Positions 38,386-51,077 of a DNA stretch of 64,000 nt are shown one piece after another. Under the pieces are notes generated by a model. That model was not told the DNA's origin. It made no database searches and saw only the letters and a program-made list of their open reading frames with translations. Origin of the DNA: an uncultured Chloroflexia bacterium (GTDB lineage Bacteria; Chloroflexota; Limnocylindria; Limnocylindrales; CSP1-4); contig CAVSAP010000006.1 in NCBI GenBank assembly GCA_963726055.1, positions 1,319,345 to 1,383,344 on the forward strand. The letters run 5' to 3'. A program made the translations under genes and the position numbers. Each line of letters begins with the position of its first letter. The stretch's first letter is position 1.

Positions 38386-38871
38386 ATGTCCCAGATCGTC
38401 CTCTACACGGCGAGCGAGGTCGCCGAGCTGCTGCGCCTGAACCATCAGGTCGTGCAGCGGAAGCTCCAGGCAGGAGAGATCCCGGGATACCGCATCGGCC
38501 GCGACTGGCGGGTCGAGCAGTCGCAGCTCATGGACTGGCTCGAGAAGCACTCCAACCAGCGGCGCACCACGTCGGACGCCGAGAAGGTGCTTCGGGCCTT
38601 CCTCGACGATGACGGCCGGCTGCGCTCGATCCCCGTCTCGCGCGCCAAGCGGGCCGTCGTCCTCGAGTACCTCGCGGACCAGCTCGAGGCCAGCCGGACG
38701 TACCGCGAGCGTGATTTGAACGCGGTGTTGCGGCGGTTCCACGACGACGTCGCGACGCTGCGGCGAGAGCTCGTCGGCGCCAAGCTGGTCGTGAGGACGA
38801 CCGCCGGCGTCTACAAGCTTGCAGCCAGGAGCGACGCACGACGCTCGGCCCGCTCGCTACGGAAGGTCTAG
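38386..38871 (+). CDS. excisionase/MerR-type HTH fused to a DUF2087-like domain
   Basis: LYTASEVAELLRLNHQVVQRKLQAGEIPGYRIGRDWRV is an excisionase-family HTH. The C-terminal LRSIPVSRAKRAVVLEYL...YRERDLNAVL resembles DUF2087. Confidence 0.6.
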   Translation: MSQIVLYTASEVAELLRLNHQVVQRKLQAGEIPGYRIGRDWRVEQSQLMDWLEKHSNQRRTTSDAEKVLRAFLDDDGRLRSIPVSRAKRAVVLEYLADQLEASRTYRERDLNAVLRRFHDDVATLRRELVGAKLVVRTTAGVYKLAARSDARRSARSLRKV

Positions 38872-39798
38872 TCCGGAGAGGAAGCCGGCGACCATCGGCA
38901 GGAAGCCGGGCGCAAGCTGCTCGGTGCGCGGCACGGCCGGATCGGGGTCGGCGGTGAACAGGCCGTGGTCGGCACCTGGAAAGACCGCGAGGCCGTGCGG
39001 GTCGCCCGGGAGCTTCGGCAGGTTCGCGGCGTAGACCTCTACGCTCGGTCCGACCGGGACGAGCGTGTCCGCGGCGCCGAAGAGCGCCAGCACGGGGCAG
39101 GGGACACCGTCGGAGCACCGGAGCCGGGTCGAACCCGATGAGACGGCTGAGGAACGAGAGCGCCGGCAGATTGTCGAAGTACTCGGTCGTACCGGCGTAC
39201 CAGCTCCGGTCGGCCAGCCGGAGCTGGTCGGCCAGCACGTCCTCGACCGGCTCTCCGGCGCGCAGCCGGCGGGTGCGCTCGTCGATCCACGTCATCGCCT
39301 CGGCGATCGCGTCGGGATCGGTGCCTCTCGCCTGGAGCTCACGCTCGATCCGGTCGCGGTCCTGCGCCTCGGGAGTGACCCCGGGACCGGAGACCGAGAC
39401 GACGAAGTCCACATCTCCCTCGGTCGCTGCGAGCAGCGCCACCCAGCCGCCCTGGCTGAACCCGAGCAAGCCCGACCGGTCGGCCGCTGCACGCGGGATG
39501 GGCGCGCAGAACGGCGAGCGCGGCGAGCGACTCGCGGGCGCGGTCCTCGAACGTCTGCTCCAGCCAGTTGCCCGGGCGAGCCGCCGCACCCAGGCTTGTC
39601 GTGGGCGAGTACCACCGCGCCGCAATCTGCAAAACGCTCCGGCCACTCGCCCCAGTCGTCGCAGGCGCCGTCACCGGATCCGTCGACGAGGACGATCCCG
39701 GGGAGGGGGCCGGGTGCGTCCGGGACCCACATGAGCGCCCGCAGGTCTCCGATCGCGGTCGGCACGGAGGTCCACTCTTCGCTGGCTGTCGTGATCAT
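38857..39798 (-). pseudogene. alpha/beta hydrolase (dienelactone-hydrolase-like), about 3-4 frame breaks
   Basis: Nucleophile elbow GFSQGG. Pieces lie in ORFs 39292-39798, 39339-39674, 38528-39646 and 38857-39093. Confidence 0.65.
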
Positions 39799-40400
39799 GC
39801 GCTCTCCTCAGGGTTGTCGGTTGTCGGGTCGAGCTCGAGCGGCGTGCCGGCGAGCAGGATCCGGACGAAGCGGGTGTCGGCCGGCCAGTCGCTCCGGTCG
39901 GACAGGCGCCGCACGTACGGCGCGAGCGCCGCACGAAGGTCGGCGCGAATCGACTTCAGCTCGTCGACCGTGACCGGAAGGGTCGCGCCGCCCACGAACG
40001 ACGACTCCCGCCAGGCCTCGGATGCGTCGTCTGCCGCGAGCCAGGCGAGGATCCGGTCGGCTTCTCGCTGGACGAAGACGCGCTCGAGCTGATCGGCGGC
40101 CGGGCCTGCATCGGCCGACCAGCTCTGCTCCAGGTCGGTGAGCCGCCAGGGACGCTCGCGGGAGTCCTCGCTCGGCGTGGCCTGCTCGACGAAGCCGTAC
40201 TTCGCGAGCTGGCGCAGGTGGAACGAGCAGCTCGCCTGGCTCGTGCCGAGCTGCCGGGCACACGCGGCAGCAGTGGCCTGGCCGAGCGACCCGAGGAGCT
40301 CGACGAGGTCGAGGCGGAGTGGATGGGCGAGGGCACGGAGCGCGCGAGGGTCGGTGATCTGCACAATGCCAAAGATAGCTTTGACATAACGAGATGTCAA
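39795..40400 (-). CDS. ArsR-family winged-helix transcriptional regulator
   Basis: LAHPLRLDLVELLGSLGQATAAACARQLGTSQASCSFHLRQLAKYGFVE. The stop overlaps the hydrolase start. Confidence 0.75.
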   Translation of the reverse strand: MTSRYVKAIFGIVQITDPRALRALAHPLRLDLVELLGSLGQATAAACARQLGTSQASCSFHLRQLAKYGFVEQATPSEDSRERPWRLTDLEQSWSADAGPAADQLERVFVQREADRILAWLAADDASEAWRESSFVGGATLPVTVDELKSIRADLRAALAPYVRRLSDRSDWPADTRFVRILLAGTPLELDPTTDNPEESA

Positions 40401-40427
40401 ACAACTCTTTGGTGTTTCCTCTCGCTT

Positions 40428-40944
40428 CAGGCGCCGAAGGCGATGACGAGCAAGGCGACCAGCACCCCGCCGGCAGCGCGATGCACAGGATCGCCGAGAG
40501 CGCGACGACGGCCAGGAAGCCGGGCGTGAAGACCTTCAGCGGCAGCGCCACGCCGGCGAGGTCACGCACCGAGCCGAAGGCGCCGCGCAGCCGCCAGAGG
40601 TGTAGCGGCAGGCCGCGGGCGCGAGTCGTGCGCGTCTGGCCCGCGACTCGGGTGAGCTCGACGAGGCGCTCCTGGCCGTCTCTGGGCATCCGGCGAAGAC
40701 GGTCGGGGAACGCAAGCAACTGCTGGACGCTCTGCGCGAAGAAGAGAAGGATCGCAGGAGGCGCGAGGAAGAGGATCGTCAGCACCGCCTCATCCGCGTT
40801 GTAGCCGTTGCGCTGGAGCAGGATGACGAGCACGACCGCGGCGCCGACGGCGACGAGCGCCAGCCGGCGAACGAACCGGACGAAGCCGCGGATCAGCCCG
40901 CCGAGGCCGGCGAGCTGATCGGTCGAGACCGTGATCCGCGCCAC
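40428..40944 (-). pseudogene. hypothetical multi-TM membrane protein, frame break near the C-terminus
   Basis: TM segments LALVAVGAAVVLVILL, VLTILFLAPPAILLFF, FLAVVALSAILCIAL. A frame change at the C4 run 40465-40468 restores the ending ...GVLVALLVIAFGA. Confidence 0.4.
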
Positions 40945-40972
40945 CCGTCGGACGTTAGCGCGACCGCGCCCT

Positions 40973-41260
40973 CTAGCTGGTTGCGACGTCCTCCGTCGGG
41001 CCGGTGACGGCGAGCCCGGCGGGGCAGAGCCAGTAGCGAACCTCGCCGCGCAGGTCGCCCTGCCGGCACGCGTCTTTGGAGAGGTCCGGATACGTACTCG
41101 CGGCTCCCGGCTTGCACTCCCACCACTGAACACCCTTGGGGGCAGCGGCTGCGAGCGGTGAGCACGACCCGAGCTCGGCGGCTCGGTCGAGCAGGCCTTG
41201 GCTGTTGGCGGCAGCGGCGGCGGAAACGATCAGGGCGGCGGCGACTCCGTAGCGAAACAC
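40973..41260 (-). CDS. small secreted 4-Cys hypothetical protein
   Basis: AAGGAG SD before GTG 41260. Signal peptide MFRYGVAAALIVSAAAAANS. Confidence 0.45.
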   Translation of the reverse strand: MFRYGVAAALIVSAAAAANSQGLLDRAAELGSCSPLAAAAPKGVQWWECKPGAASTYPDLSKDACRQGDLRGEVRYWLCPAGLAVTGPTEDVATS

Positions 41261-41341
41261 GGGGAGAACTCCTTGTCTGCCGCAGACCTGGGAGGGTTTC
41301 GCTCTGCATCGGCATCCTCGCCGGAGAACTCGATCACTCGT

Positions 41342-41815
41342 TCAGGCACTCTCGAGCCGGCTGCGCCACGCCTCGCCGGCTGCTCGGCCCTCCGGGGTCG
41401 CCAGGAAGTGATCGAGCGGGACGTGGAGGAACACGCCGTCCGCCTCGGCCAGGAGCTCCTCGCCGTCTCGAAGCGCCGCCGAGATCTCGATTCTGCGCCC
41501 GCGCTCGGCGGTCACGCGCGACGAGATCTGCAGCGGGCGGTTGATCGGAGCGGGTCGGCGGAACCGGATCGCGATGCGGGCGGTGACGGTCGGAAAGCGG
41601 TGCCAGGTCGCAAGGAGGCCGCAGGCCTCGTCGAGCGCGGCCCCGACGATCCCGCCGTGCGCGATTCCCGGTCCGCCCTGGTGGTGGACGCCGAACGTCA
41701 CCCCCGACTCGTACGTCTGTGCGCCCTCCTGCAGCGGGGAGTGCCATCCGCAGTCCGAGCTCGTTGATCGCCGCAGCCGAAGCACGACGGGTCGTGATGA
41801 GGCGGGATGCGTGGA
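41342..41815 (-). pseudogene. PaaI-type hotdog thioesterase, N-terminal frame breaks, start unclear
   Basis: GPGIAHGGIVGAALDEACG lies in ORF 41342-41785. The upstream CFGCGD and INELGLR segments sit in two other frames (41740-41800). Confidence 0.55.
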
Positions 41816-41822
41816 GGTTCGG

Positions 41823-42707
41823 CTATGCCGCGAACGGAAGCTCGATGTCGCTGACGTCGAGCCCCATGCTCGAGGCCATGCGAATCCCGTCGCGGACGTC
41901 GTCCTGCAGGCGGCGAATGTCCGTCTCGCGCATCACGTTCGCCGATCCACGCGCGCTCCTTCGGCCGCCAGAGCGCATGCTCGACGAAGATCGGCAGCAG
42001 CCGGTTGGCGGCCTTGACCAGTCGGTCCTTCTGCTTCTTCGGTCGCCCCCTCGAGGAGGACGCGCTCGTACGCGACGCCGGCGCTGTGGTGGATGCCGTC
42101 GTCGATCGTGAGCCGGTTGCAGAGATCCTCGAGCAGCGTGCCGCGCGACGAGCGGGCGATCAGCCGGAAGCGGGGGATGATCAGGCGCTCGAAGAAGACC
42201 TGCATCTGGAACACCTTCTCCTCGAGCGTGTCCGCCTCGAGCGTCATCTTCGCCAGTTCGTCGAGGTGGGGGTCGCGCTCGGCGACGCCGCCGGCCTGCT
42301 CGACGAGCTTCAACCACGCCTCGACGTGCCGGGCCTCGTCCTGCACCATCGTCGAGTAGTAGAGCTTCGCCTCGTGGTGCGGCGCGAGATTCAGCAGCTG
42401 GCCCGCCATCGAGACCGCCAGCTCGTCTGCCTGCAGCTGCTGCGTGATCACCGACCGCCAGACCGCGTCGCGCCGCTCCTTCCTCTCCGGCGAGGCGCCG
42501 ACGCGGGTCTCCGGGATCGGCGGGATCTCGCCCCACGGCCATGTCCCGCACCTGCCACTCCTGCTTCTTCGCCAGCTCGTAGAAGCGGAGCACGCCTCGG
42601 GCCTTGTCGTTGTGGGCCGCATCGTCGGCTGCCGCTCGCTCGGCTTCGATCAGCGGCTCGTACGTCGCGTCCGCGTTGATCGGCTCTTCGATCTCCTCGA
42701 CTGGCAT
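41823..42707 (-). pseudogene. ferritin-like diiron protein (AurF-like oxygenase fold), three frame breaks
   Basis: MVQDEARHVEAW and TIDDGIHHSAGVAYE form two E...ExxH-type motifs. Breaks lie near 42545, 42030 and 41950. Confidence 0.55.
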
Positions 42708-42728
42708 CGCGGGCCAGTTTATCCCCCT

Positions 42729-43948
42729 TCAACGCATTCCTCCGCGTTCGTGGTGGGCCTTGAAGAAGTTCTCGGAGCCTGCGGTCGCCATCGCCGAGGA
42801 GGCCGAGATCTCGAGCGCGAGCGCCGCAGCCGCGATGATCTGGGCGAAGCGGTGCACCTTGCCGCTGCCGGCGCAGTCCAGGAGGGCGAGCCACGAGCGG
42901 GCGTAGGGGAGCGTCGTGCCGCCGCCGACCGTGCCGACCTCGAGCCCGGGGAAACGGATCGCCGCGTGCAGGCCGCCGTCCTCGGTTCGGTGTGCCGTTC
43001 CGTGCGCCATCGAGCTCGTCCCGATCATCCCGAGGTCCTGGCCGGTGCACGCGAAGATCGCCGCGATCGCAGAGGCCGGCGTGAACGCGACCGACTGCAT
43101 CCCGGAGGCGACGGCGCCGTGCGTCCCCGCCCACGAGAGCTCGAGCAGGTCGTCGACGGTGGTCCGCAGCACGCGCCGGACGGTCTCGGCATCGAGCGTC
43201 GCCTCGGCCAGGACGGTCTTTCCGTGCCCGGACTGGAAGAACTCGAACGAGGGCTTCTTGTCGCCGCCCATGTTCGCCTCGAGGATCGCGCGCTCCGGCT
43301 TCACGGGCGCCTGCTGGAGCACGTAGCCCATGTTCAGCGCGTAGCTGTTGCGGGTCATCATGTTCGGCCCGCACGCGTCGCCGGTCGTCCAGGCCCAGAG
43401 CACGTGACACATCGGCCCGACGACGTGCGTCTTCACCTCGCGGAGCTTCGCCCGCTTCGAGAGCGACGGGTCGTCGAGGGCGGCGAGGAAGGAGCGCAGG
43501 TCGTCGACCGGAGCCTTCCAGCCACCTTGCAAGAGTGATGGCGTCCTCGGTGTTCTTGCAAATAAAGCACGATGCACGTGTCATTCTGTCGTGCAAGCAC
43601 ATATGTTCTGAACCCGCCGGAGGTCGCCGCAGCCTTCATCCCGCGTGACATCGAGGCGGAGAGGCCGCCCTCGGTGTGAGCCAGCGGCACGAGGATCTCC
43701 TCCTGCGCGCGACCGGTCTCGCGCAGCGTTCCCTCCGGCTCCTCGAGCTCGTAGGCACCGAGCTCGACGACGAGCGGTCCGACGACCGAGACGGGGATGA
43801 CGGCGGCGCCGGTGTGCGACTCCTGCGCGCGGCTCCAGGCTTCGTCGTCGAGGGCGAGCGGCTCGTCGCCGACGACGCCGCGGATCGCCTCGCGGCGCGC
43901 ACTGATCGACTCCGCGTCGTTCCGGCGCGGCCACTTCCGCAGCTCCAT
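42729..43948 (-). pseudogene. hydroxymethylglutaryl-CoA reductase-like protein, two frame breaks
   Basis: EGGLSASMSRG, DRMTRAS, DACGPNMMT and GTVGGGT are HMGR-type motifs. Breaks lie near 43600 and 43500. Confidence 0.65.
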
Positions 43949-43958
43949 GGCGTCAAGC

Positions 43959-44528
43959 CTACGGGGTCGCGGCTCGCTCGCGCTTCGCCGCGCGTAGCTG
44001 CCGAATGACGTCGCGGATGCCCTTGGGGGACGACAGCCCGACGACGGTGTCGAAGAGCGGAAAGTCGGCCGGCCGGACCTGGATGCGCAGTTGCGGGCGT
44101 ACCGGGGCGGGGTTCACCCATTCGTTTCCCCACTCGCGGCGAAAGCCGGCGCGCGGCAACGCGTAGACGACGCCGTTCGTGAACGTCGACGGCTCCGCTG
44201 GGTCGCCGTAGACCGCGAAGAGGTAGAAGCGGCGACGTCGCGAGCCTCGTCCGAGGTGCGTGCAGGCCGTGAGAACGCCTTCGACGCGATCCCGTGCGAC
44301 GACGGCGTAGAAGATCGGCCAGATGCCGTCGTCGCACGCGACGACGGCGAGCAACGCCGTGTCGAGGTCCCGAGCCGGCTGTGGCTCGAGCACCTCCAGC
44401 GTCCTGTGATTCGAGCCGTGCAGGAGCAGCCCGTGACGATCGACGAGGTGGGTCAAGAGCTGATGCACCGGATACGGGCACTCCGTCGTATCGATGGTTC
44501 CGTCCCCGGCTCGGGCGGCGGCGATCAA
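43959..44528 (-). CDS. hypothetical protein
   Basis: 189-aa ORF from TTG 44528. The same frame stays open and looks coding up to 44702 without a canonical start. Confidence 0.4.
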   Translation of the reverse strand: MIAAARAGDGTIDTTECPYPVHQLLTHLVDRHGLLLHGSNHRTLEVLEPQPARDLDTALLAVVACDDGIWPIFYAVVARDRVEGVLTACTHLGRGSRRRRFYLFAVYGDPAEPSTFTNGVVYALPRAGFRREWGNEWVNPAPVRPQLRIQVRPADFPLFDTVVGLSSPKGIRDVIRQLRAAKRERAATP

Positions 44529-44735
44529 GCGCTCGAAGGTCGCGGTCCGGGTGCCGTCGGTCGCGTCCCGCGGGACTTCTGTTGCGCCGACGACGTTGAT
44601 GCCGAGCCGTTCGCCCAGGTGCCAGACCCCGATCCCGACGGAGCGCAGCAGGGCGAGCGCGATTCGTTGCAGCCGTGGGCCGGAGCGCTCGATCGCAAGA
44701 AGCTAGCAGCGCGGTCGCCGTTATCCTCACCCGCC

Positions 44736-45593
44736 ATGGGAGCGACGCTGATGGACGGAAAGGCGCTCGCAGCGCGGATCCGCGCGGAGGTCGCGCGCGA
44801 GGTGGCTGCGTTCCCGGGGCCGATCGGCCTGGCGACCGTGCTCGTCGGCGACGACCCGGCCTCGGAGGTCTACATCCGGCTGAAGCACAAGGCGACGCTC
44901 GAGGTCGGAATCGAGGCCCGCGACCTGCGGCTGCCCGCGTCGACGAGCGAAGAGGAGCTGCTCTCGCTCGTCGCCGAGCTGAACGCAGACGATGCGATCG
45001 ACGGCATCCTCGTCCAGCTGCCGCTCCCGGACGGACTCGACGAAGGCCGCGTGATCAATGCGATCGATCCGGTGAAAGACGTCGACGGCATCCATCCGCT
45101 GAATGCGGGCCTGCTTCTCGCCGGCACGCCCGCGCACGTGCCCGGAACGCCGCTCGGCGTCCTCGAGCTGCTCGACGAGTACGGCGTCGAGCTCGAGGGA
45201 GCGGACGCGGTCGTGATCGGACGCAGCAACATCGTCGGGAAGCCGGCGGCGCTGCTGCTCCTGCACCGGCACGCGACCGTCACGATCTGCCATTCGCGCA
45301 CGCGGGACCTCGCCGCGGAGACCTCGCGGGCGGACGTGATCGTCGCCGCGGTCGGAGTTCCGGGGCTCGTCCGGGCCGAGATGGTGAAGGACGGAGCGGC
45401 GGTGATCGACGTCGGAATCACGCGGACGGAGGACGGTCTCGTGGGCGACGTGGCGCCGGATGTTGCGGCCCGCGCGGGTCTCCTGACGCCGGTTCCCGGC
45501 GGCGTCGGACCGATGACAATTGCAATGCTCCTGAAGAGCACAGTGCGTGCCGCGCGATACCGTCGGAAGGAGCTTGCACATCCCGTCACATGA
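44736..45593 (+). CDS. folD: bifunctional methylenetetrahydrofolate dehydrogenase/cyclohydrolase
   Basis: Full-length FolD pattern: [17 protein letters not shown]...[29 protein letters not shown]. Confidence 0.9.
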   Translation: MGATLMDGKALAARIRAEVAREVAAFPGPIGLATVLVGDDPASEVYIRLKHKATLEVGIEARDLRLPASTSEEELLSLVAELNADDAIDGILVQLPLPDGLDEGRVINAIDPVKDVDGIHPLNAGLLLAGTPAHVPGTPLGVLELLDEYGVELEGADAVVIGRSNIVGKPAALLLLHRHATVTICHSRTRDLAAETSRADVIVAAVGVPGLVRAEMVKDGAAVIDVGITRTEDGLVGDVAPDVAARAGLLTPVPGGVGPMTIAMLLKSTVRAARYRRKELAHPVT

Positions 45594-45670
45594 GGCTATG
45601 GTTCGCGCGCTTTATCAAGGTCGGCGGCTCGGTGCCCGGGCCGTCGCTTCACTGCAAGGAGGAAAGACAG

Positions 45671-45871
45671 TTGGCTCAGGGCACCGTTAAGTGGTTCTCG
45701 AACGAGAAGGGTTACGGGTTCATCGAGCGTGAGGGTGGCGAGGACGTCTTCGTGCACTTCTCCGCGATCACGATGGACGGCTACAAGTCGCTGACCGAAG
45801 GTCAGCGGGTGGAGTTCGAAGTCGTCCAGGGCCCCAAGGGCGCCCAGGCGGCGAACGTCACGGCCGCCTAA
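45671..45871 (+). CDS. cspA: cold-shock protein
   Basis: AAGGAGGA SD before TTG 45671. [15 protein letters not shown] (RNP1) and VFVHF (RNP2). Confidence 0.9.
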   Translation: MAQGTVKWFSNEKGYGFIEREGGEDVFVHFSAITMDGYKSLTEGQRVEFEVVQGPKGAQAANVTAA

Positions 45872-45898
45872 GACCTCTTTCGGAATCGAGCTTGCAAA

Positions 45899-45928
45899 GG
45901 GCTCCCCGAGAGGGGGGCCCTTCCTTTT
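45899..45928 (+). terminator. intrinsic terminator after csp
   Basis: GGGCTCCCC-GAGA-GGGGGGCCC (one mismatch) followed by TTCCTTTT. Confidence 0.6.
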
Positions 45929-45943
45929 GGAAGGATGGACGGA

Positions 45944-46224
45944 ATGGCAATCACACGCGAAGAGGTGCTCCACGTCGCCAAGCTGGCGCGGCTCGAGCTG
46001 AGCGACGACGAGGTCGAACGGCTGACCGAGCAGCTGGGCGCGATCCTGGAGGCGGTCTCCAAGGTCAGCGAGCTCGATCTCTCCGACGTGCCGCCGACCT
46101 CGCACCCCCTGGAGCTCGTCAACGCCTGGGCGCCCGACGAGCTGCACGAGTCGCTGTCTCTCGACGAGGTCTTCGCGAACGCGCCCGCGCGCGAGGGCGA
46201 TCTGTTCAAGGTGCCGCCGACGTC

Positions 46225-46228
<4 letters not shown>
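45944..46228 (+). CDS. gatC: Asp/Glu-tRNA amidotransferase subunit C
   Basis: [31 protein letters not shown]... SD GGAAGGA. Confidence 0.85.
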
Positions 46229-47672
<1,444 letters not shown>

Positions 47673-47676
<4 letters not shown>

Positions 47677-49078
47677 AGCTGGGAACCCGTCGTCGGGCTC
47701 GAGATCCACGTCCAGCTGAAGACGCGGACGAAGATGTTCTGCCGCTGCGCGAACGGCTTCGGCGGCGGGGAGAACGCGCAGACCTGCCCCGTGTGCCTGG
47801 GCTTCCCCGGCGCCCTGCCGGTCGCCAACGCGACGGCGCTCGAGTGGACGATCAAGCTCGGGCTCGCCCTCGACTGCGAGATCGCGGACCGCGCCGTCTT
47901 CGCGCGCAAGAACTACTTCTACCCGGACTTGCCCAAGGGCTATCAGATCTCGCAATACGATCTACCGTCTTGCATCAACGGCAAGGTGCTAGTGCCAACC
48001 CCGGACGGCGACCATGAGGTCGGGATCGTCCGCGCGCACCTCGAGGAGGATGCGGCGAAGACGACCCATGTCGGCGGCCGCACCGGCCGGATCGGCGGCG
48101 CCGACTACTCGCTCGTCGACTTCAACCGCGGCGGCACGCCGCTCGTCGAGATCGTCACCGGTCCCGACATCCACTCCTCCGAGGACGCGCGCCGCTTCCT
48201 GCAGCTGCTGCGGCAGACGATCGTCGAGCTCGGGATCTCCGACGCCGAGATGGAGAAGGGGACGCTGCGCGTCGATGCGAACGTCTCGGTCCGGCCGGCG
48301 GGATCTTCGGAGCTGCGCACCCGCTGCGAGCTGAAGAACATGAACTCGTTCCGTTTCGTCGCGCAGGGGATCGACGCCGAGGTCGCGCGGCAGATCGCCG
48401 TCTACGACTCCGGCGGAGAGGTCGTGCAGGAGACCTACGACTTCGACGCCGGGAGCGGCGCCCTGACGGCACGGCGTTCGAAGGAGGAGGCCGACGACTA
48501 CCGCTACTTCCCCGAGCCCGACCTCGTCCCGATCGAGCCGCCCGCGGAGCTGGTCGAACGGCTGCGCGCCGAGGTACCTGAGAGCCCGGCTCGGCGGATC
48601 CGGCGGATCGAAGCCGACCTCGATCTCGACCGGGCCGTCGTCCTCGTCACCGGCGGCCTCGACCGGCTCTGGCAGGCGACGGTCGCGGCCGGCGCCGAGG
48701 CCGTGCCGGCGGCGAACGTGATCGCGAACCGTCTGGCCGGCGATCGACGCGGACGCCGTCGATCCGGTGGAGCTCGCGAAGCTCGTCGAGGCGCGGGACC
48801 GGATCCCGCGGACCGCGCTCGACGAGGCGCTCGGGAAGGTCGCTGAGCCCGGCTTCTCGGCCGAGTCGTACCTCGCGCAGGAGGCCGTCTCCGACACGGC
48901 CGAGCTGGAGCCGATCGTCGTCGCGATTCTCGACGCCAACCCGGGCCAGGTCGAGGCCTACCGCGGCGGCAAGGAAGGGCTGCTCGGCTTCTTCGTCGGC
49001 CAGGTGATGAAGGAGACCGGGGGGAAGGCGAACGCGCGGGCGGTCAGCGAGCTCGTGCGCGAGAAGCTTCAGGCCTGA
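47673..49078 (+). pseudogene. gatB: Asp/Glu-tRNA amidotransferase subunit B, two frame breaks
   Basis: WEPVVGLEIHVQLKTRTKMFC follows the gatA stop in-frame with no start codon. GTG 47673 (GTGA overlap) is 1 nt out of frame. The second break, near 48735, joins ORF 47734- to ORF 48767-49078. Confidence 0.85.
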
Positions 49079-49105
49079 GCGCGCCGAGCGGATAGCCTCC
49101 CGCCC

Positions 49106-49586
49106 GTGAGCCCTCAATTCCGCAAGGTCGCACTGATCGCGGCGGGGCTGGGGTTGCTCCTCAGCCTCTTCCTTGCGCTCAGACCCGACGACGACGAGAC
49201 GGCCGGGACGACGACGACTGCCGTCACGACGCACCGCGCCCGCGACGACAACGCCCACGACGGAGACAGAGCCGCCGGCGACGACGACCGAGCCGCCGGC
49301 GACGACCGCACCGAAGCCGCCGGAGGTCGTCACGATCAGGATTACCGTGTCCGGCGACACGGCGCCCGAGGTGCGGCGGTTCTCGGTCAAGCAAGGGCGC
49401 AAGGTCAAGCTCGTCGTCACCTCCGCGCTTGCAGATCACGTGCATCTGCACGGCTATGACCTGATGGCCGACGTCGCTCCCGGCTCGCCCGGAACGATCA
49501 ACTTCACGGCCACCGCGCCGGGTCTCTTCGAGATCGAGCTCGAGGATCGTGGTCTCCCCATCGCCGAGCTCGAGGTCCGTCCCTGA
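49106..49586 (+). pseudogene. membrane-anchored cupredoxin-like protein, one frame break
   Basis: An N-terminal TM segment, a Thr/Pro-rich linker (EPPATTT repeat), then a VHLHGYD beta-sandwich-like C-terminus in ORF 49173-49586. Confidence 0.5.
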
Positions 49587-51077
49587 CGCTGCTGGCGCAC
49601 GGAATCGGCGGGGTGCGCGACCTGCCGGTTCCGCTCTGGATCGTCCTGTGGGCCGCGGGAGTCGTCCTCGTCATCTCCTTCGTCGCGCTTGGGGCGCTCT
49701 GGAACAGCCCGCAGCTCGACCGGCGGCGGGTTGGGCATCCGTTGCCCGCAGGGCTCGAGCGGTTTCTGCGTTCTCGCGTCCTGCACGGGGTCCTCGGCGC
49801 GATCTCGGCTGGGCTGCTCGTTCTCATCTTCCTGACCGCGCTCATCGGCGAACCGTCCTCGGCTCAGAACATCTCACCGACCTTCATCTGCGTGATCTTC
49901 TGGGTCGGCCTCGTACCGGTGCAGGTGCTGTTCGGGGACGTCTGGCGGGTGCTCAACCCGTGGCTCGCGATCGCGAACGGCGTCGAGTGGCTCTGGCGCA
50001 AGCTCGGACAGGACTGGACGCCGCCGCTGGCGTACCCCGAGCGACTCGGAGTCTGGCCTGGCGCCTTCCTCCTCCTTTGCTTCACGGCGCTCGAGCTCTG
50101 CTATGCCGAGCCGGCGAGCCCGCGGGCGCTGGCGCTCGCGATCGCGCTCTACAGCTACGCGATGTGGTTCGGCATGGCGGCGTACGGACGGAGAGAGTGG
50201 GACGCGCACGGGAACGGCTTCACCGTCTACTTCGGCCTGCTGGCGCGGATCGCCCCATTCGGCGAGCACGAGGGTCGGCTCGTGCTGCGGCTGCCGTTCT
50301 CCGGCCTCTCCGGCCGCGAGGCGACGCCGGGCATGCTCGCGTTCGTCGCGGTGATGCTCGGCTCCGTCGGCTTCGACGGCCTCAGCGGCACGTCGTTCTG
50401 GCAGGACCTCCGTGCCCGCGTCGAGGATCCGTACATCCTCGACCAACCGGGCCGCGCCGAGCTCTTCACGACGGCGCTCTCGCTGGCCGGGCCTGCTCGG
50501 TTGCGTGCCTGATCGTCGCGTTCGCGTACCTCGGGGCAGTTCGGTTCGTCGGCGCGCACCGTCGGCTCGGACCGCTCATTCGTGCCTGAATTCATCCAGA
50601 GCCTCGTGCCGATCGCGCTCGTCTACGCGGTCGCGCACTACTTCACGCTGCTCGTGATCCAGGGCCAGTACGCGATCCCGCTCGCTTCGGATCCTTTCGG
50701 CTTCGGCTGGGACCTGTTCGGCACCCTGGACTACGCGCCGAACATCGCGCCCTTCGCGCCCAACACCGTCTGGTGCGATCCAGGTCGGCGCGATCGTCGC
50801 CGGCCACGTCGCGGGTCTTACCGTCGCGCACGACCGCGCCGTCACGATCCTGCCCGACCGCGACGCGCTCCGTTCCCAGTACGCAATGCTCGGGTTGATG
50901 ATCGTCTACACGGTCGTGGGGCTGATGCTTCTGTCGCTGGGGCTGATCGCCCACGGCGGCACCGGCGGCGCGATCGCAGAGGTGCTGATCGTCGTCAGCA
51001 TCGCCGCGATCTTCTTCGCCGTCTGGCTGCGCGAGCGGCGGGCGGGCCGCTCGGACAGCGACGAACCGCCGACCTAG
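49583..51077 (+). pseudogene. polytopic membrane protein, at least 3 frame breaks, non-canonical start
   Basis: LTLLAHGIGGVRDLPVPLW... continues through ORFs 49613-, 50582- and 50886-51077. The only start-like codon before the AHG motif is the CTG within CTGA at 49583. Confidence 0.45.

Noticed and set aside
43540-43610. An AT-richer patch with small inverted repeats inside the HMGR-like gene, considered as a possible insertion or MITE.
   Set aside because: It translates, in a third frame, as HDRMTRASCFICKNTEDAITLARWLE, which continues the HMGR-like sequence. It is therefore coding sequence with unusual codon choice, plus nearby frame breaks.
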